Assembly (NCBI GenBank): GCA_951406725.2
Contig: OX597838.1
Span: 20,398,001 to 20,462,000, forward strand
Source: Octopus vulgaris
Lineage: Eukaryota
Direction: 5' to 3'
DNA: 64,000 nucleotides
Both the position numbers and the translations under genes were made by a program. The notes beneath the pieces are model-generated. The model did not search any database. It saw only the letters and a list, made by a program, of their open reading frames with translations, and had not been told where the DNA came from. Of this stretch, positions 13,820 to 26,780 are shown one piece after another (within the stretch, counting starts at the first letter, position 1; each line of letters starts with the position of its first letter).

Positions 13820-13858
13820 GCGCATGCGCAGTGGGATACATGTGCTTTTTCCGCGAAA
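13820..13858. promoter_or_regulatory. Putative GMPS promoter: NRF1-type palindrome GCGCATGCGC (13820-13829) and E2F-type TTTCGCGG (minus strand, 13851-13858)
   Basis: Motifs read directly in a CpG-retaining, repeat-poor island upstream of a strong splice donor; both are typical of housekeeping/nucleotide-metabolism promoters. Confidence 0.65.
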
Positions 13859-13859
13859 T

Positions 13860-13990
13860 TCTCAGGTTGTGGTTTCCCTGTTATTATTATTGTTGTTGCT
13901 GTTGTTGTGGTCGTTCTACATACACTGCTTCACCTTCGGCCCCTGCTTCAGCCCCTACTGGGACCACTGGACCTGTGGCCACGGCACCAG
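13860..13990 (+). other. GMPS: Putative non-coding 5' UTR exon 1 of GMPS (start approximate)
   Basis: GC-rich segment ending in CAG|gtgagc donor at 13990/13991; the ATG-bearing exon is preceded by an acceptor (27937), so an upstream exon is required; implied intron ~13.9 kb. Confidence 0.6.
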
Positions 13991-15445
13991 GTGAGCTTCA
14001 GTTGTCTTAGCTGCTTCTTTGTAGTTTATATTTATATGTGTATATTTATATATATCTATGTGTGTGTAGCCTGGTAGAGATGTGTGTATAAGCTATATAT
14101 ATATATATATCTTATATATATATACATATATATGTAAATATATAAACCTGTAGCTGTTTTATTTTAGGTTTTATGAACAGAATGCGTGTTTATATCTAGA
14201 TGTGGATATGTGTATATATAACCAAGTATATACGTCTATATATATATATATATATATTGCCAGCTGTGTGTATATCCAGATGTATATATATTTAGAATAT
14301 AATACACACACTTTACACATGCACTTTCTCTCTCTCTCCCTCCCACACACATATAACTCCACATTATCAATCTTTCTCATGAAAGCATTTATGTGATTGC
14401 ACAAATCACTAGAAATAGCTGCCAAATTTCCTCTAATTAACGGTCGTAAAGAAAAAAATCCCCAAAACAAACCACCCGTTTGTTTATGGTTAAAATGTCT
14501 TCGAATCTTAGATTTGTCCAACCATTGCTGACCTATGTATTAAACAACAATAACATGCACTCTTTCGCTTTCAATCTCTCGTCCTCAATTTTGCAACCGT
14601 TATGATAAGACATCTGAATTCTTTCCCCCTGAAGAAGGGCTAATATCCGAAACGTTCCCCCTATTTCACGGTAAACTTCTAACTGAACTGAAATTATATA
14701 TACATATATATATATTTTCGGAATTTTATGGTTATTTTTCCCCCCGATAGAAGCGACCGCGACTTTGCTAAGATACCAGGTTTTTAGATATGTATACAGA
14801 CGCAGGCATGGCCGAATGCTTAAAAAGTTTGTTCGTCAGTAGTGTTTCCTTGTTCGATCCTACTGCGTGACATCTTGGTGAAGTGTCTCATAGAAAAGCA
14901 TCGGTTCAATTCGAACGTTACGAGTAAAATTGGGGACATGTTGAACTCGGGTGGGAAGCCCATCCCGTTAGAATAAGGCTGCAAGGAGTTTAAAAGATTC
15001 ACTCGCTCATACTGTCGCGCTAATTTTCTGCCAGAGGTTTACGTTAAATGAACAAGTGTCTTTGGAATACTTGATCAACGAGACGCCTCTTCAACGATTA
15101 GGGGCAATTCAGCTGATCGAATAATAAACGGAATAACCATCATTTAAAAGCGATGAAGATGCATATCTTCCTTACTTCCCCGTTTCTTCCACCCCACCAT
15201 ATATGTATATTTGTTTGTGTGTGTGTGATACGAACGACGTTTTACAATTGCTGTTTGTTTATGCGATTATAAAGGAATTTTATTAGTCCGATTCTCGTGA
15301 TAGTATCCTGTTATCGTTTGATCTTTGGTCATACTAATATTATATTTTATAGGTAATTTATATTTTTAAAAAATCTGAACATTTTAGACCATACATATAT
15401 GTATATATATATATATATCATACGTACACAAGTGTGCTGCCCGAC

Positions 15446-16139
15446 TTTGTTTCCTCATAACTTCTTCCAGAAAAATGATTATTTTTTAATGAAATTTTCT
15501 ACAACTATGCTTCAGATGGTGTAGATTATATTATCGGAATTTGTTGTGAAAAAGTTTTTCCGAGAGTGACTAGAGGAGTTTCGGAAAATTCATGAGATGG
15601 GCTTTCTTTCCTCATAACTTTACAAAGAATTGATATTTTGTAATGATTTTTTCTTCTTATAAATACCTTTCAGATGGTGTATATTAGGATTATATTGGAA
15701 CTTAATATAAAAAAAAAATTAGATGGGCTCGTGTTCATAAACATTATAAAATGATACTTGAATTTTCGAAAAAAAAATTGTGATATGTGTCAGTATGTAT
15801 GGGTGCAATCCCACCAATTTTTCTTTCTTTTTTCATATCAAACAAATTTCGATATAATTCTAATATACACCATCTCAAAGGTATTTATATTATTAAAAAA
15901 ATTTCATTGAAAAAAAAAAAAAGTCTTTCCAACCAAAAGTACCCATTTTTCTTAGAGTTATGAGAAACAAAAACGACTTTGCGAATTTTCCGAAATTCCC
16001 CTCTCCACCATCGGAAAAAAAAAAAAAAATTCACAACAAATTCCGATATAATCAGAATCTGCAAAATTTGAGGCATATTTATAAAAAAAAATTTCACTGA
16101 AAAAAATGTCTATTTTTCTGGAAGTTATGCGGAAACAAA
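15446..16139. mobile_element. Foldback-type DNA element with ~300-bp imperfect, internally repetitive inverted arms
   Basis: tttgtttcctcataac..gaaatttt..atcggaatttgttgtgaa..tttcggaaaattc is mirrored by gaattttccgaaa..ttcacaacaaattccgat..gaagttatgcggaaacaaa. Confidence 0.6.
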
Positions 16140-16748
16140 TTTAGCTATAGGAGGACCATTGTGAGGTATACAATGTGTGTGTATATATATATGTATATAT
16201 ATATTTGTTTATGTTTTAATGTTTATATAATTTTTGTGTGTTTATAAGCGAGGTTCTTCCTGCGATCTTGTTTTGGTCCGCCATTACTTTTTCGATGAGA
16301 AAACAAACATCGTTTGTGTTGTGTTGTGTTGCGTGCGCCTGTGAGTTTGTAATACTTTTTTTTATAACGTCTGTGTATTTCAATGTCTGTGCATATATAT
16401 ATATATACGAGGGGAATGCCTTTAGACGGGGGTCGATTTCAACGTCGACACCGAGGGATTGGGATGGTGCGGAGGGGCCCCCCCCGAGAGTGATGGGAGG
16501 AGGAGGAGGAGGAGGAGGAAGTAGGTTGCTCATCGTTGTTGATTCCTTTTTGCCCCAATTTACCCCCTGTGTTTGATGGACACTAAGAAACACGTTATTT
16601 ATTTTTTTTCATATTTATATACATCTATTTATCTTACGTAAATATTTATCATGCTTCGTTCACACACACACACACACACATATATATATTTTGGGATGAC
16701 AGTGCCCCAGCATGGCCACAGCTCGTGAGCTGAAACTAGATAAAATAT

Positions 16749-16779
<31 letters not shown>

Positions 16780-16869
16780 TGATAAAACGGTAAGATAACA
16801 AAAGAAAGAAAGAGACCTCAATATTATGTAAATAGAGGAAATTTATCTCTATAACGTTTTCAAATAGCC

Positions 16870-16932
16870 AGATAACCGAAGAGATGGTGTTGTGGATTTC
16901 CACTTCGGCATCTGAAACTCAGAGTTTTATCT
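16870..16932 (+). ncRNA. Hammerhead-like motif, CCGAAGA core variant
   Basis: agataa-CCGAAGA-gatg..gtgga(tt)tccac..catc-t-GAA-actc(a)gagt-T^-ttatct; 6-bp perfect stem I. Confidence 0.55.
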
Positions 16933-16954
16933 TGACTACCGAGTAATGTAACAT

Positions 16955-16989
<35 letters not shown>

Positions 16990-17057
16990 AAACTTTACAT
17001 ATATAAATATAAATAACGTGAAATACACGAAGGGACGAACATAAAAAACAGACGGGT

Positions 17058-17095
<38 letters not shown>

Positions 17096-17302
17096 TAATG
17101 TGTGTGTGTATTTTGTTTTAGTCATTTGACTGCGGCCATGTTGGAGCATCGCCTAGAGAGGTTTTAGCCGAAATAATCGAACTCCAGGACTTATTTTTAA
17201 AGATCTTGTACTTATTCGGTCAGTTTCCATTTGACGAGCTGCTAGTTTACGGTGTCGTAAACACACCACTAGTTATCAAGCGGTGATGGGCAGACAGACT
17301 CA

Positions 17303-17351
<49 letters not shown>

Positions 17352-17988
17352 GCGCAAGAGTGGCTGTGTGGTAGGTTTGCTTACCAACCACATTGCGTGG
17401 CACATTGGGGAGTGTCTTCTACTATAGCCTCGGGCTGACCAAAGCCTTGTGAGTGGAATTGGTAGACAGAATCTGAAAGAATCCTCTCGTGTGTGTATGT
17501 ATGTATATATATATATATATATATATATTTGCATTTGTGTCTGTTTGTCCCTCACCATCGCCTGACAATCGACGTTGGTGTGTTTACGTCCCTGTAAACT
17601 AACGGTTTGGCAAAAGTAAACGATAAAATAAGTCCTGGAGTCCATTTCTTTGACTAAAGGCAGTGCTTCAACATAGCTGCAGTCAAATGACTGAAAAAAG
17701 TAAAACAATATATATATACATACATACACACACGCGAGATTGGCATGCAGTGGGACTGAACCCAGACCATGTGGTAGGGAAGCAAGCTTCTTATATATAT
17801 GTATATATATAAATGTACATTTTTAAAATATGGTGTATTCTTGTATATGTTTTTGTCTACACACACGCATATATGTGACGGGCGTTAAGCTATAGTAAAA
17901 CATACCTGCCCAATGTGTCACGCAGTGGGACTGAACCCAGAACCATGTAGTTGGGAAGCCAGCTTCGTACCACACATTATTCTATACA

Positions 17989-18035
<47 letters not shown>

Positions 18036-18202
18036 CATGTGTGCAAACGTGGTTGTGTGGTAAGAAGCTTGCTTCCCAACCACATGGTTCCAGGTTCAGT
18101 CTCACAGCGTGACACCTTGGGCAAGTGTCTTCTATTATAGCCTCAAACAGATCAAAGCCTCGTGAGTGGATTTGGTAGATGGAAACTGAAGGAAGCCCAT
18201 CG

Positions 18203-18233
<31 letters not shown>

Positions 18234-19194
18234 TTTCCCCCCACTACTTGACAACTGATATTGGTGTGTTTATGTCCCCCTAACCAAGCTTTTCAACAAA
18301 AGAGGCCAATAGAATAAGTACTAGGTTTACAAAGAATAAGTTGTGGGGTCGATTTGTTCAAGTGGAGGTGGTGCTCCAGCATGGCTGCAGTCAAATGACT
18401 GAAACAAGTAAAAGAATATATGTATTTGTATGTATGGATGTACATTTTTATATCATCATCATCATCACCATCATTTAACATCCACTTTCCATGCTGGCAT
18501 GAGTTGGATGGTATGACAGGGGACTGGTGAGCCAGAGGCTGCACAAGGTTCAGTCTGATCTGGCAAAGTTTCTACAGCTGGATGCCCTTCCTAACGCCAA
18601 CCACTCCAAGAGTGTAGTGGGTGCTTTACGTGCCACTGGCACGAGGGCCATTCAGGTGGTTCTGGCAATGACCATGCTCAAAGGGTGTTTTTACATGCTA
18701 CCTGCATGGGGGCCAGTCCAGTGGCACAGGCAACGACCATGCTCGAATGTTTTTCCTGTGCCACCTGCACATGTGGTGATAAGGCGACACTGGCAATGAT
18801 CACGCTCGAATGGTGCTTTTCACGAGTCTCTAGCACAGGAGCCAATCCGTGTCCCTGGCAACGATCATGCCTGGATGTGCTTTTAATGATCCACTGCCAC
18901 AAATGCCAATCAGGCGGTACTGTCGTCAGTGATTTTTATTTGTTTCCACTTGCCTCAATAGGTCTTCGCAAGCAAAGTTCATTGTCCAATGAATGAGGGG
19001 TATTCATAAGTGGGCTGGTAACACCCCATGTTCAGATGTGCTTTTAATGTTCCACTGGCATGAGTGCCAATCAGGCGGTACTGTCATTGGTCACGTCAAC
19101 GATTTTGATTTTACTTGCCTCAATAGGTCTCCACAAGCCAGGTTTATTGTCCAATGAATGAGGGGTATTCATAAGTGGGCTGGTTACACCCACT

Positions 19195-19605
19195 GGCATA
19201 GGCCATTGTCTCACTTGGCTTGCCGGGTCTTCCCAAACACAGCATATCTCCAAAGGTCTCGGTCACTATGGGCCATTGTCTCACTTGGCTTGCCGGGTCT
19301 TCCCAAACACAGCATATCTCCAAAGGTCTCGGTCACTAGCCATTGCCTTGGTTAGGCCCAATGTTCAAAGGTCGTGCTTCACCACCTCATCCCAGGTCTT
19401 CCTGGGTCTACCTCTTCCACAGGTTCCCTCAACTGCTAGGGTGTGGAACTTTGTCACACAGCTATCCTCATTCATTCTCACCACATGATCATACCAGCAC
19501 AGTCGTCTCTCTTGCACACCACATCTGATGCTTCTTAGGTCTAACTTTTCTCTCAATGTACTTACACTCTGTCGAGTATGCACACTCACATTGACAATTT
19601 GCACC
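19195..19605 (-). mobile_element. RTE-clade LINE 3' end with internal ~70-bp tandem duplication (19201-19338)
   Basis: LREKLDLRSIRCGVQERRLCWYDHVVRM...GRGRPRKTWDEVV. Confidence 0.8.
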
Positions 19606-21172
19606 TCCATCTCTAATCATCTGTTTCTCTCCACTCACACTCATGAAAGTATCCACTCTCTCCTCTCTTCTCATGACCCATTGTCTGTATCTTCTCTTAT
19701 TCTCACCTTGTTGTACCTTAAGAGTTTTCTCTGGCACTCCATTGTTACTTTTATCTCCTTCCCAGTTACTGCCACCCACTCCTACATAGTGTGGGGATAG
19801 CCATGTGTCTCTTCTTTGTCCCACTAACATATTTTACCCTTTCAGCATCGGGCATAAAGCCCCCACCCCCAGCAGAGGGAGCTTTTTCTCTGTTCTTTTT
19901 CTATCTTGCAAGTTACTCAGCAACCTTGCTAGTGCCAGTGGCACGAAAACAAGCACCCTGTACACATTGTTGTGTGGTTGGTGTTAGGAAGAGTGCCTAA
20001 CTGTAGAAACCACAGCAAAGATGACCCTAGGACCCTGCAAAGCCCTATGGTTTGCCAGATCCTGTTAAACTGTCCAACCTATGCCAAAATGGAAAATGGA
20101 TGTTAAATGATGATGATATACAGAATATGAAATTAAGAAAGGTTTTAGGAAAGGAATTTAGTAGACCTGCTCACCACAGCAAAATTGAGATCCTAAAACC
20201 AAAGTACCTCATAAAAATCATTGGTATGGGTGCTGGTACTATTTAAAAAAAAGCACCCACTACACTCTGACATGAGGGAGGGTATCCAGTGATAGAAACC
20301 AAGCCAAAATTCCAACCCATGCCAGCATGGCAAATGGATAGTAGATGATGATGAATTGTTGGGAGGACCACAACAAACTTTTTTGTCAATTGTCCAAAAG
20401 CAGAAAATGAAGTGATTTGGTTAATGGCACTGTGACACCCTACTCCTAGGAATATGGTTGCACTTGGATAAACTGCCCTGGTAAAAGAAGAAACGAAGAT
20501 CATAAAATGGATGTTTGACCCTTTAGCATTTTAATCAGCCATATCCAGTCCAAATAGTCTACCTGTTTTGTATCCAAATTGGCCAGAGCTGACCTCTCAA
20601 ACCTGCTCCATTATGTCCTTAAAAAAAATAAACAGTCATATTATCAAAGTCTCAAGGCTTTGAGATTATACATAATTTATTCAAAATATAAATAAGTAAG
20701 CATTACTTTTGACGGAGTAATCTGAATGTGAGAGGGTTAAGGAATGGGAGAGTAAGGAAAATGGTAAAACATTTGAGATGGGTGGAGACAGAAAAAAAAA
20801 AGATGTTGGGAAGAGGAGATTGCCGTGTACCAACAACCTCTTGGTTTGGATCTTGTCTTTTATCTTTTACTTGTTTCAGTCACTACACTGTGACCATGCT
20901 GGGGCACCACACAATCTGTTTTTAGTTGAATGAATCGGCCCAAGTACTTCTCCTTTTCTCTTCTGTTTTTTTTTAAACAGGTGGTACTTAATCTATCGGT
21001 CGCTTTTACCGAACTGCTAAGTAATGGGGACACAAACACACCAACACCGGTTGTCAGGCAGTGGTGGGGAGACGAACATAAATACAAAGACATACACTCA
21101 TGGAGATGTGTGTGTGCATATATATATATATATATACACATACATACATACACACACACTATATATATATAT

Positions 21173-21215
<43 letters not shown>

Positions 21216-21217
21216 TA

Positions 21218-21252
<35 letters not shown>

Positions 21253-21369
21253 GTATGTATTTGTATATATATATATATATAGTGAATCCAAAGAAGAACA
21301 AACATAAAAAAAACAATGCAAGGACGTGGTACAAACACACATATATGTATATATGTGTGCGTGTATATA

Positions 21370-21438
21370 TGTAATGTGAGATAATAGTTTCACTTGATGG
21401 TATAAGTATGAAAAGTGAAACTATTATCTCACATTACA
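21370..21438. repeat. Perfect 26-bp inverted repeat with 17-nt loop
   Basis: TGTAATGTGAGATAATAGTTTCACTT / AAGTGAAACTATTATCTCACATTACA. Confidence 0.9.
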
Positions 21439-21690
21439 ATAGAAATGTTATTGTTTCACTTTTGACACGTAATGCCAAAACAGTGTAAGAGATTGCTCCA
21501 GGCTTGCATAAGGCAAGAAGGTGAAAACTTTTTTGGCCCATGACACTCCATGGACCCTAAATAGTGCATGTGTAAAATTTGAATGAAATCAGATGGGTAG
21601 TTCTCGAGTTTTAGTGATGCACACATTCACAGTCAAATAGACAGACAGGCATTCTGAGTTTTATATATGTATATGTATTTACGTATGTGT

Positions 21691-21735
<45 letters not shown>

Positions 21736-21752
21736 TATACATATATATATGT

Positions 21753-22272
21753 ATGCCTCCTTACTTCTTTCCACAAGGCCTTAGAGTTAATTCTGCCACC
21801 TACACTGAGGTACTGGAAATAATTAAGCAATGGAAGGCTATGTATTTCAGTAAGGCTCTGCACTGTCACACAGGGCTCTAGTAACACAGGAAGAGAGGGC
21901 TGAAAATTTTCATGATCACACAACCCCTAATATTTGTCCTCCTAATTCTCCAGATCTCAATCTATTGGACCATTACATGTGGAGCATAGTTGAGAGGTCA
22001 ATGAACACGCCCATAGCACCAAAGATACCTTTGAAAGCTGCCATAGTCAGAGTAACGTCCAAAATGAACCAGGACCACTTGATTTGAGCATGCAGATTAC
22101 TTTGATCTCGTATAGAAGCAGTTGTTGAAACTGAAGGTGGGTTTATGAATAACATTATAGAAAAGGTTTATTTTTATCCTCATAGCATTTTTTGATAAAT
22201 AAAACTATTATCTGTTATTATATATCAGTTTTTATATAAAGGTAAATGTCTTCAATAATCTTATGCACCCTG
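21753..22272 (+). mobile_element. Tc1/mariner transposase relic with right terminal repeat
   Basis: MPPYFFPQGLRVNSATYTEVL...PPNSPDLNLLDHYMWS...SRIEAVVETEGG; ends ..TTATGCACCCTG. Confidence 0.75.
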
Positions 22273-22379
22273 GTTCCAAGTTCAATCCCATTGTGTGGTG
22301 CCTTGGGCAAGTGTCTTCTACTATAGCTTCGGGCTGACCCAAACCTTGTGTGTGGATTTGTTAGAAACTTATAGACCCT

Positions 22380-22434
<55 letters not shown>

Positions 22435-22518
22435 TTATATATAAATATATATATATTTACTGTAGTTTCAGCTCAGTGCTGCGGCCATGCTGATGCACCG
22501 CCTCTAAAAATGTGTGAT

Positions 22519-22616
22519 GCTTACACAACTAGGCTTCCCATGTGGTCACCCATCTAAGTAATAACTAGCCTCGACGTTGCTTAACTTCGGTGATCGGACG
22601 AGAACCAGTGCTTTCA
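22519..22616 (-). pseudogene. 5S rRNA-derived sequence, 5'-truncated
   Basis: Reverse complement TGAAAGCACTGGTTCTCGTCCGATCACCGAAGTTAAGCAACGTCGAGGCTAGTTATTACTTAGATGGGTGACCACATGGGAAGCCTAGTTGTGTAAGC matches the invertebrate 5S consensus including box A/C regions; the first ~19 nt are replaced by a (CAT)n-tailed SINE. Confidence 0.88.
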
Positions 22617-22826
22617 TCATCATCATACGTCCGCTTTTCATGCTAGCATGGGTTGGACGGTTCAACTGGGGTCTGGGAAGCCAGAAGGCTGCACCAGGCC
22701 CAGTCTGATCTGGCAGTGTTTCTACAGCTGGATGCCCTTCCTAACGCCAACCACTCCGTGAGTGTAGTGGGTGCTTTTTACGTGCCACTGGCACAGGGGC
22801 TAGACAAGGGTGGTAAATGGCCAACG

Positions 22827-22868
<42 letters not shown>

Positions 22869-23340
22869 ATACATACACATACATACATATATATTTATGT
22901 GTGTGTGTATCTGTGTTTGTTCCTCCACCATTGCTTAACAACTGATGCTAGTGTGTTTATGTCCCCGTAACTTAGTGGTTCAGTTGAGAGACCGATAAAA
23001 TAAGTTCTAGACTTAGAAAGAATAAGTCCTGGGGTCGATTTCTTTGACTAAAACCTTTTAAAATGGTGCTCCAGCATGGCTGCAGTCAGTGACCGAAACT
23101 AGTGAAAGAATAAAAGAATAGCTTAACCTACACAAGTGAATGTGTGACAAACAAAATAAAGAATTTTGAAAGAAGTATCTACAAAACTAGTTTTTAAGCA
23201 TTGAATGGCTATGGGGGTCCACCAGAATAAATATAGTAATGAAAGGGGTCCATAATTAAAAAATGGTTGAGTATACCTGAAAGCTGTATTGAAAATTAGA
23301 ACATAAAACTTGGTAAATAACATAATGGTAATGGAGTGGG

Positions 23341-23730
23341 TTAACCCTTTTGTTACCGTATCTATTTTGAGGTGCTCTGTGTTTCTTTTAATTAATTTTA
23401 AATATAACAAAAGAATTTAGTAAAATAACTTAGTTATCATTAAGCTAGTGTTAGAAACATAAATTGTAAGATTTGGTGGAAGATTTTAATTTGGTACTTT
23501 TGAAAACAAGACATTTGTACTACAGAGCCAGAGGCGGTTTCAGCTGGGTTGGTATCAAAAGGGTTAGAGATAACAAAGAATTTTGTAAAATAACTTAGTT
23601 ATCGTTCAGCTAGTGTTAGGAACATAAATTGTGACTGAGGTTTGGTGGAAGATTTTAGTTCAAGACTTTTGAAAACAAGTCATTTGTACTACAGAGCCAG
23701 ATTCAGTTGGGTTGGTATCGAAAGGGTTAA
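23341..23730. mobile_element. piggyBac-like MITE family 1 with tandemly duplicated 3' part
   Basis: Full copy 23341-23566 followed by a second copy of its distal ~160 bp ending GGGTTAA. Confidence 0.7.
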
Positions 23731-24127
23731 GGTGGACCCAGTGAAGAGTCGAGTTGCTCTGTCTACCATGTCATGTTGAAAGGTTTGTCAAGGTCAAAGA
23801 CAGGTTTTATTGGAGTTGCACAGGTTTATTGTTGAGAGAGGGTGGTAGGAGAGAGATTAACAGAGACACTATCAGGTAAGGTGGTAACTGGAGGGAAAGT
23901 GAAAAATAGTATCAGAAGGTCAGTGAATGGGCAGGCGTGAGTGGAGGATGCAGTGCTACCTGATATTATATATGGGTGGTATTATTAATAAGGTGGTAAG
24001 CTGGCAGAATCGTTAGCCTGCTGGGTAAAATGCTTAGTGGCTGTATTTTATCTGTTTTTATGTTCTGAAATCAAATTCAATATGCACAAACTGAGTACTT
24101 TCGAGTTATAAGTGGTATGATTCAGTG

Positions 24128-24160
<33 letters not shown>

Positions 24161-25107
24161 GTGTGTTTGTCTGTCTCTGTGTATCTGTCTCCCACCACTG
24201 CTTGACAACCAGTGTTGGTGTGTTTATGTCCCTGTAACTTAGTATTTTGGCAAAAGAGACTGATAGAATAAGTACTGGGCTTAAAAAAAAGTTCTTCAAG
24301 GCGATGCCCCAACATGGTCACAGTCTAATGAGTGAAATAAGAAAAAGAAAATATATATATATAAAAGCATAGGTGTGGTTGTGTGGTAAGAAGCTTGCTT
24401 CTCAACCACATAGCTCCAGGTTCAGTCCTGCTGTGTGGCAATTTGGGTAAGTGTCTTCTACTATAGCCTCAGGCTGACCAAAGCTTTGTGAGTAGATTTG
24501 GTAGGCAGAAACTCAAAGAAGCCCGTCGTATATATATATATATGTATGTGTGTGTTTGTTTGTATTCCACCCCCTCCCTGTCCATCGCTTCACAACCGTT
24601 GCCTGTGTGTTTATGTCCCCCGTAACTTAGCAGTTTGGCAAAAGAGAATGATAGAAATAAGTACTACACTTACAAAGAATAAATCTATGGGTTGGTATCG
24701 AAAGGGTTAAGGTGGACCCAGTGAAGAGTCGAGTTGCTCTGTCTACCATGTCATGTTGAAAGGTTTGTCAAGGTCAAAGACAGGTTTTATTGGAGTTGCA
24801 CAGGTTTATTGTTGAGAGAGGGTGGTAGGAGAGAGATTAACAGAGACACTATCAGGTAAGGTGGTAACTGGAGGGAAAGTGAAAAATAGTATCAGAAGGT
24901 CAGTGAATGGGCAGGCGTGAGTGGAGGATGCAGTGCTACCTGATATTATATATGGGTGGTATTATTAATAAGGTGGTAAGCTGGCAGAATCGTTAGCCTG
25001 CTGGGTAAAATGCTTAGTGGCTGTATTTTATCTGTTTTTATGTTCTGAAATCAAATTCAATATGCACAAACTGAGTACTTTCGAGTTATAAGTGGTATGA
25101 TTCAGTG

Positions 25108-25140
<33 letters not shown>

Positions 25141-25672
25141 GTGTGTTTGTCTGTCTCTGTGTATCTGTCTCCCACCACTGCTTGACAACCAGTGTTGGTG
25201 TGTTTATGTCCCTGTAACTTAGTATTTTGGCAAAAGAGACTGATAGAATAAGTACTGGGCTTAAAAAAAAAGTTCTTCAAGGCGATGCCCCAACATGGTC
25301 ACAGTCTAATGAGTGAAATAAGAAAAAGAAAATATATATATATAAAAGCATAGGTGTGGTTGTGTGGTAAGAAGCTTGCTTCTCAACCACATAGCTCCAG
25401 GTTCAGTCCTGCTGTGTGGCAATTTGGGTAAGTGTCTTCTACTATAGCCTCAGGCTGACCAAAGCTTTGTGAGTAGATTTGGTAGGCAGAAACTCAAAGA
25501 AGCCCGTCGTATATATATATATATGTGTGTGTGTGTTTGTTTGTGTTCCACCCCCTCCCTGTCCATCGCTTCACAACCGTTGCCTGTGTGTTTATGTCCC
25601 CCGTAACTTAGCAGTTTGGCAAAAGAGAATGATAGAAATAAGTACTACACTTACAAAGAATAAATCTATGGG
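23708..25672. repeat. Tandem duplication, two ~980-bp units (23708-24687, 24688-25672)
   Basis: Base-for-base identity by eye except one extra A near 25265 and two substitutions near 25527/25545. Confidence 0.92.
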
Positions 25673-25762
25673 GTTGATCTCTTAGAAGAAAGCCCGATAA
25701 GGCAGTGTTCCAGCATGGCCACAATCAAATGACTGAAACAAAAGAAAACAAATGTGTGTGTA

Positions 25763-26171
25763 TCTCTCTATATATAAACGGCAGTTTGCCTGCCTGTGTG
25801 TCTGTGTGGCTGTCAGGTTGTACCCTTACCCTGACCACGGCTTTCAACCGATTCTGATGAAACTTGACACCACACATAGCCCAATGTCATAATTCAAAAC
25901 TAACGCAGTGAAAATTTTGAAAAGCTCCCCCAGTTCTGACAAAAATCGATAAATTCGACATGGGGTCGAGAATCTAAGCTTTTTATATGCAACACATTTT
26001 CTGTCGGGAGACAGCTAGGAACATCGTATACATAGAAGTATTCGAGTGAAGAGAAGACATTGCAACCTACACATGCGCCTTCGTTCCCTAGAGGGAAAGA
26101 ACTAGATTGGGATTAGTCGTTGCCTACTAGGGGGCTCTTACATACCCGGGCAACGCCGGGCTATGCTGCTA

Positions 26172-26172
<1 letters not shown>
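25763..26172 (+). mobile_element. Complete non-autonomous Helitron (~410 bp)
   Basis: A|TC start, subterminal hairpin CCCGG-GCAACG-CCGGG (26145-26160), CTAG|T end, no TSD. Confidence 0.85.
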
Positions 26173-26225
<53 letters not shown>

Positions 26226-26583
26226 GCTTGTATGTATGCCCCATGGTTCTTCATATACTTAAATATCACACTGTATTACATCTCAGTTTACATCATATGA
26301 CATCAACTCAAATTACATGACACCACTTTGTTTGACACTAACTAAAGCCTCACTGACTGCACCACACCAAATCATGTCCATTGTATATTGTACTATCCCA
26401 CACTATGAACCAACTAAGTAAGCACATGGATGCCCAACATGCTGGAAATAGTGACCAAATCTTCATCAAATGTGTTAAGTAATCCCTCAGCATATTGCAG
26501 TTCATCTATCGTGGTTTATTATTTAAGCTTACGTCAATCCCTCCGTGGTGTTGTTTTGCATTTATAATAAGATAAATATATAC

Positions 26584-26747
26584 AGGTGCAGGAGTGGCTG
26601 TGTGGTAAGTAGCTTGTTTACGAACCACATGGTTCCAGGTTCATTCCCACTGCATGGCACCTTGGGCAAGTGTCTTCTACTGTAGCCTCGGGCCCACCAA
26701 AGCCTTGTGAGTGGATTTGGTAGACGGAAACTGAAAGAAGCCCATCG

Positions 26748-26780
<33 letters not shown>

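Noticed and set aside
14625-14660. CTGAAGA..GAAACGTT hammerhead-like core
   Set aside because: Stem I cannot form (cccc/cccc); at most a dead relic.
20860-21393. Long overlapping ORFs rich in YIYI/CVCV (also 53636-53985 and 61722-62150)
   Set aside because: Translations of (TA)n/(TG)n microsatellites, which lack stop codons by composition.
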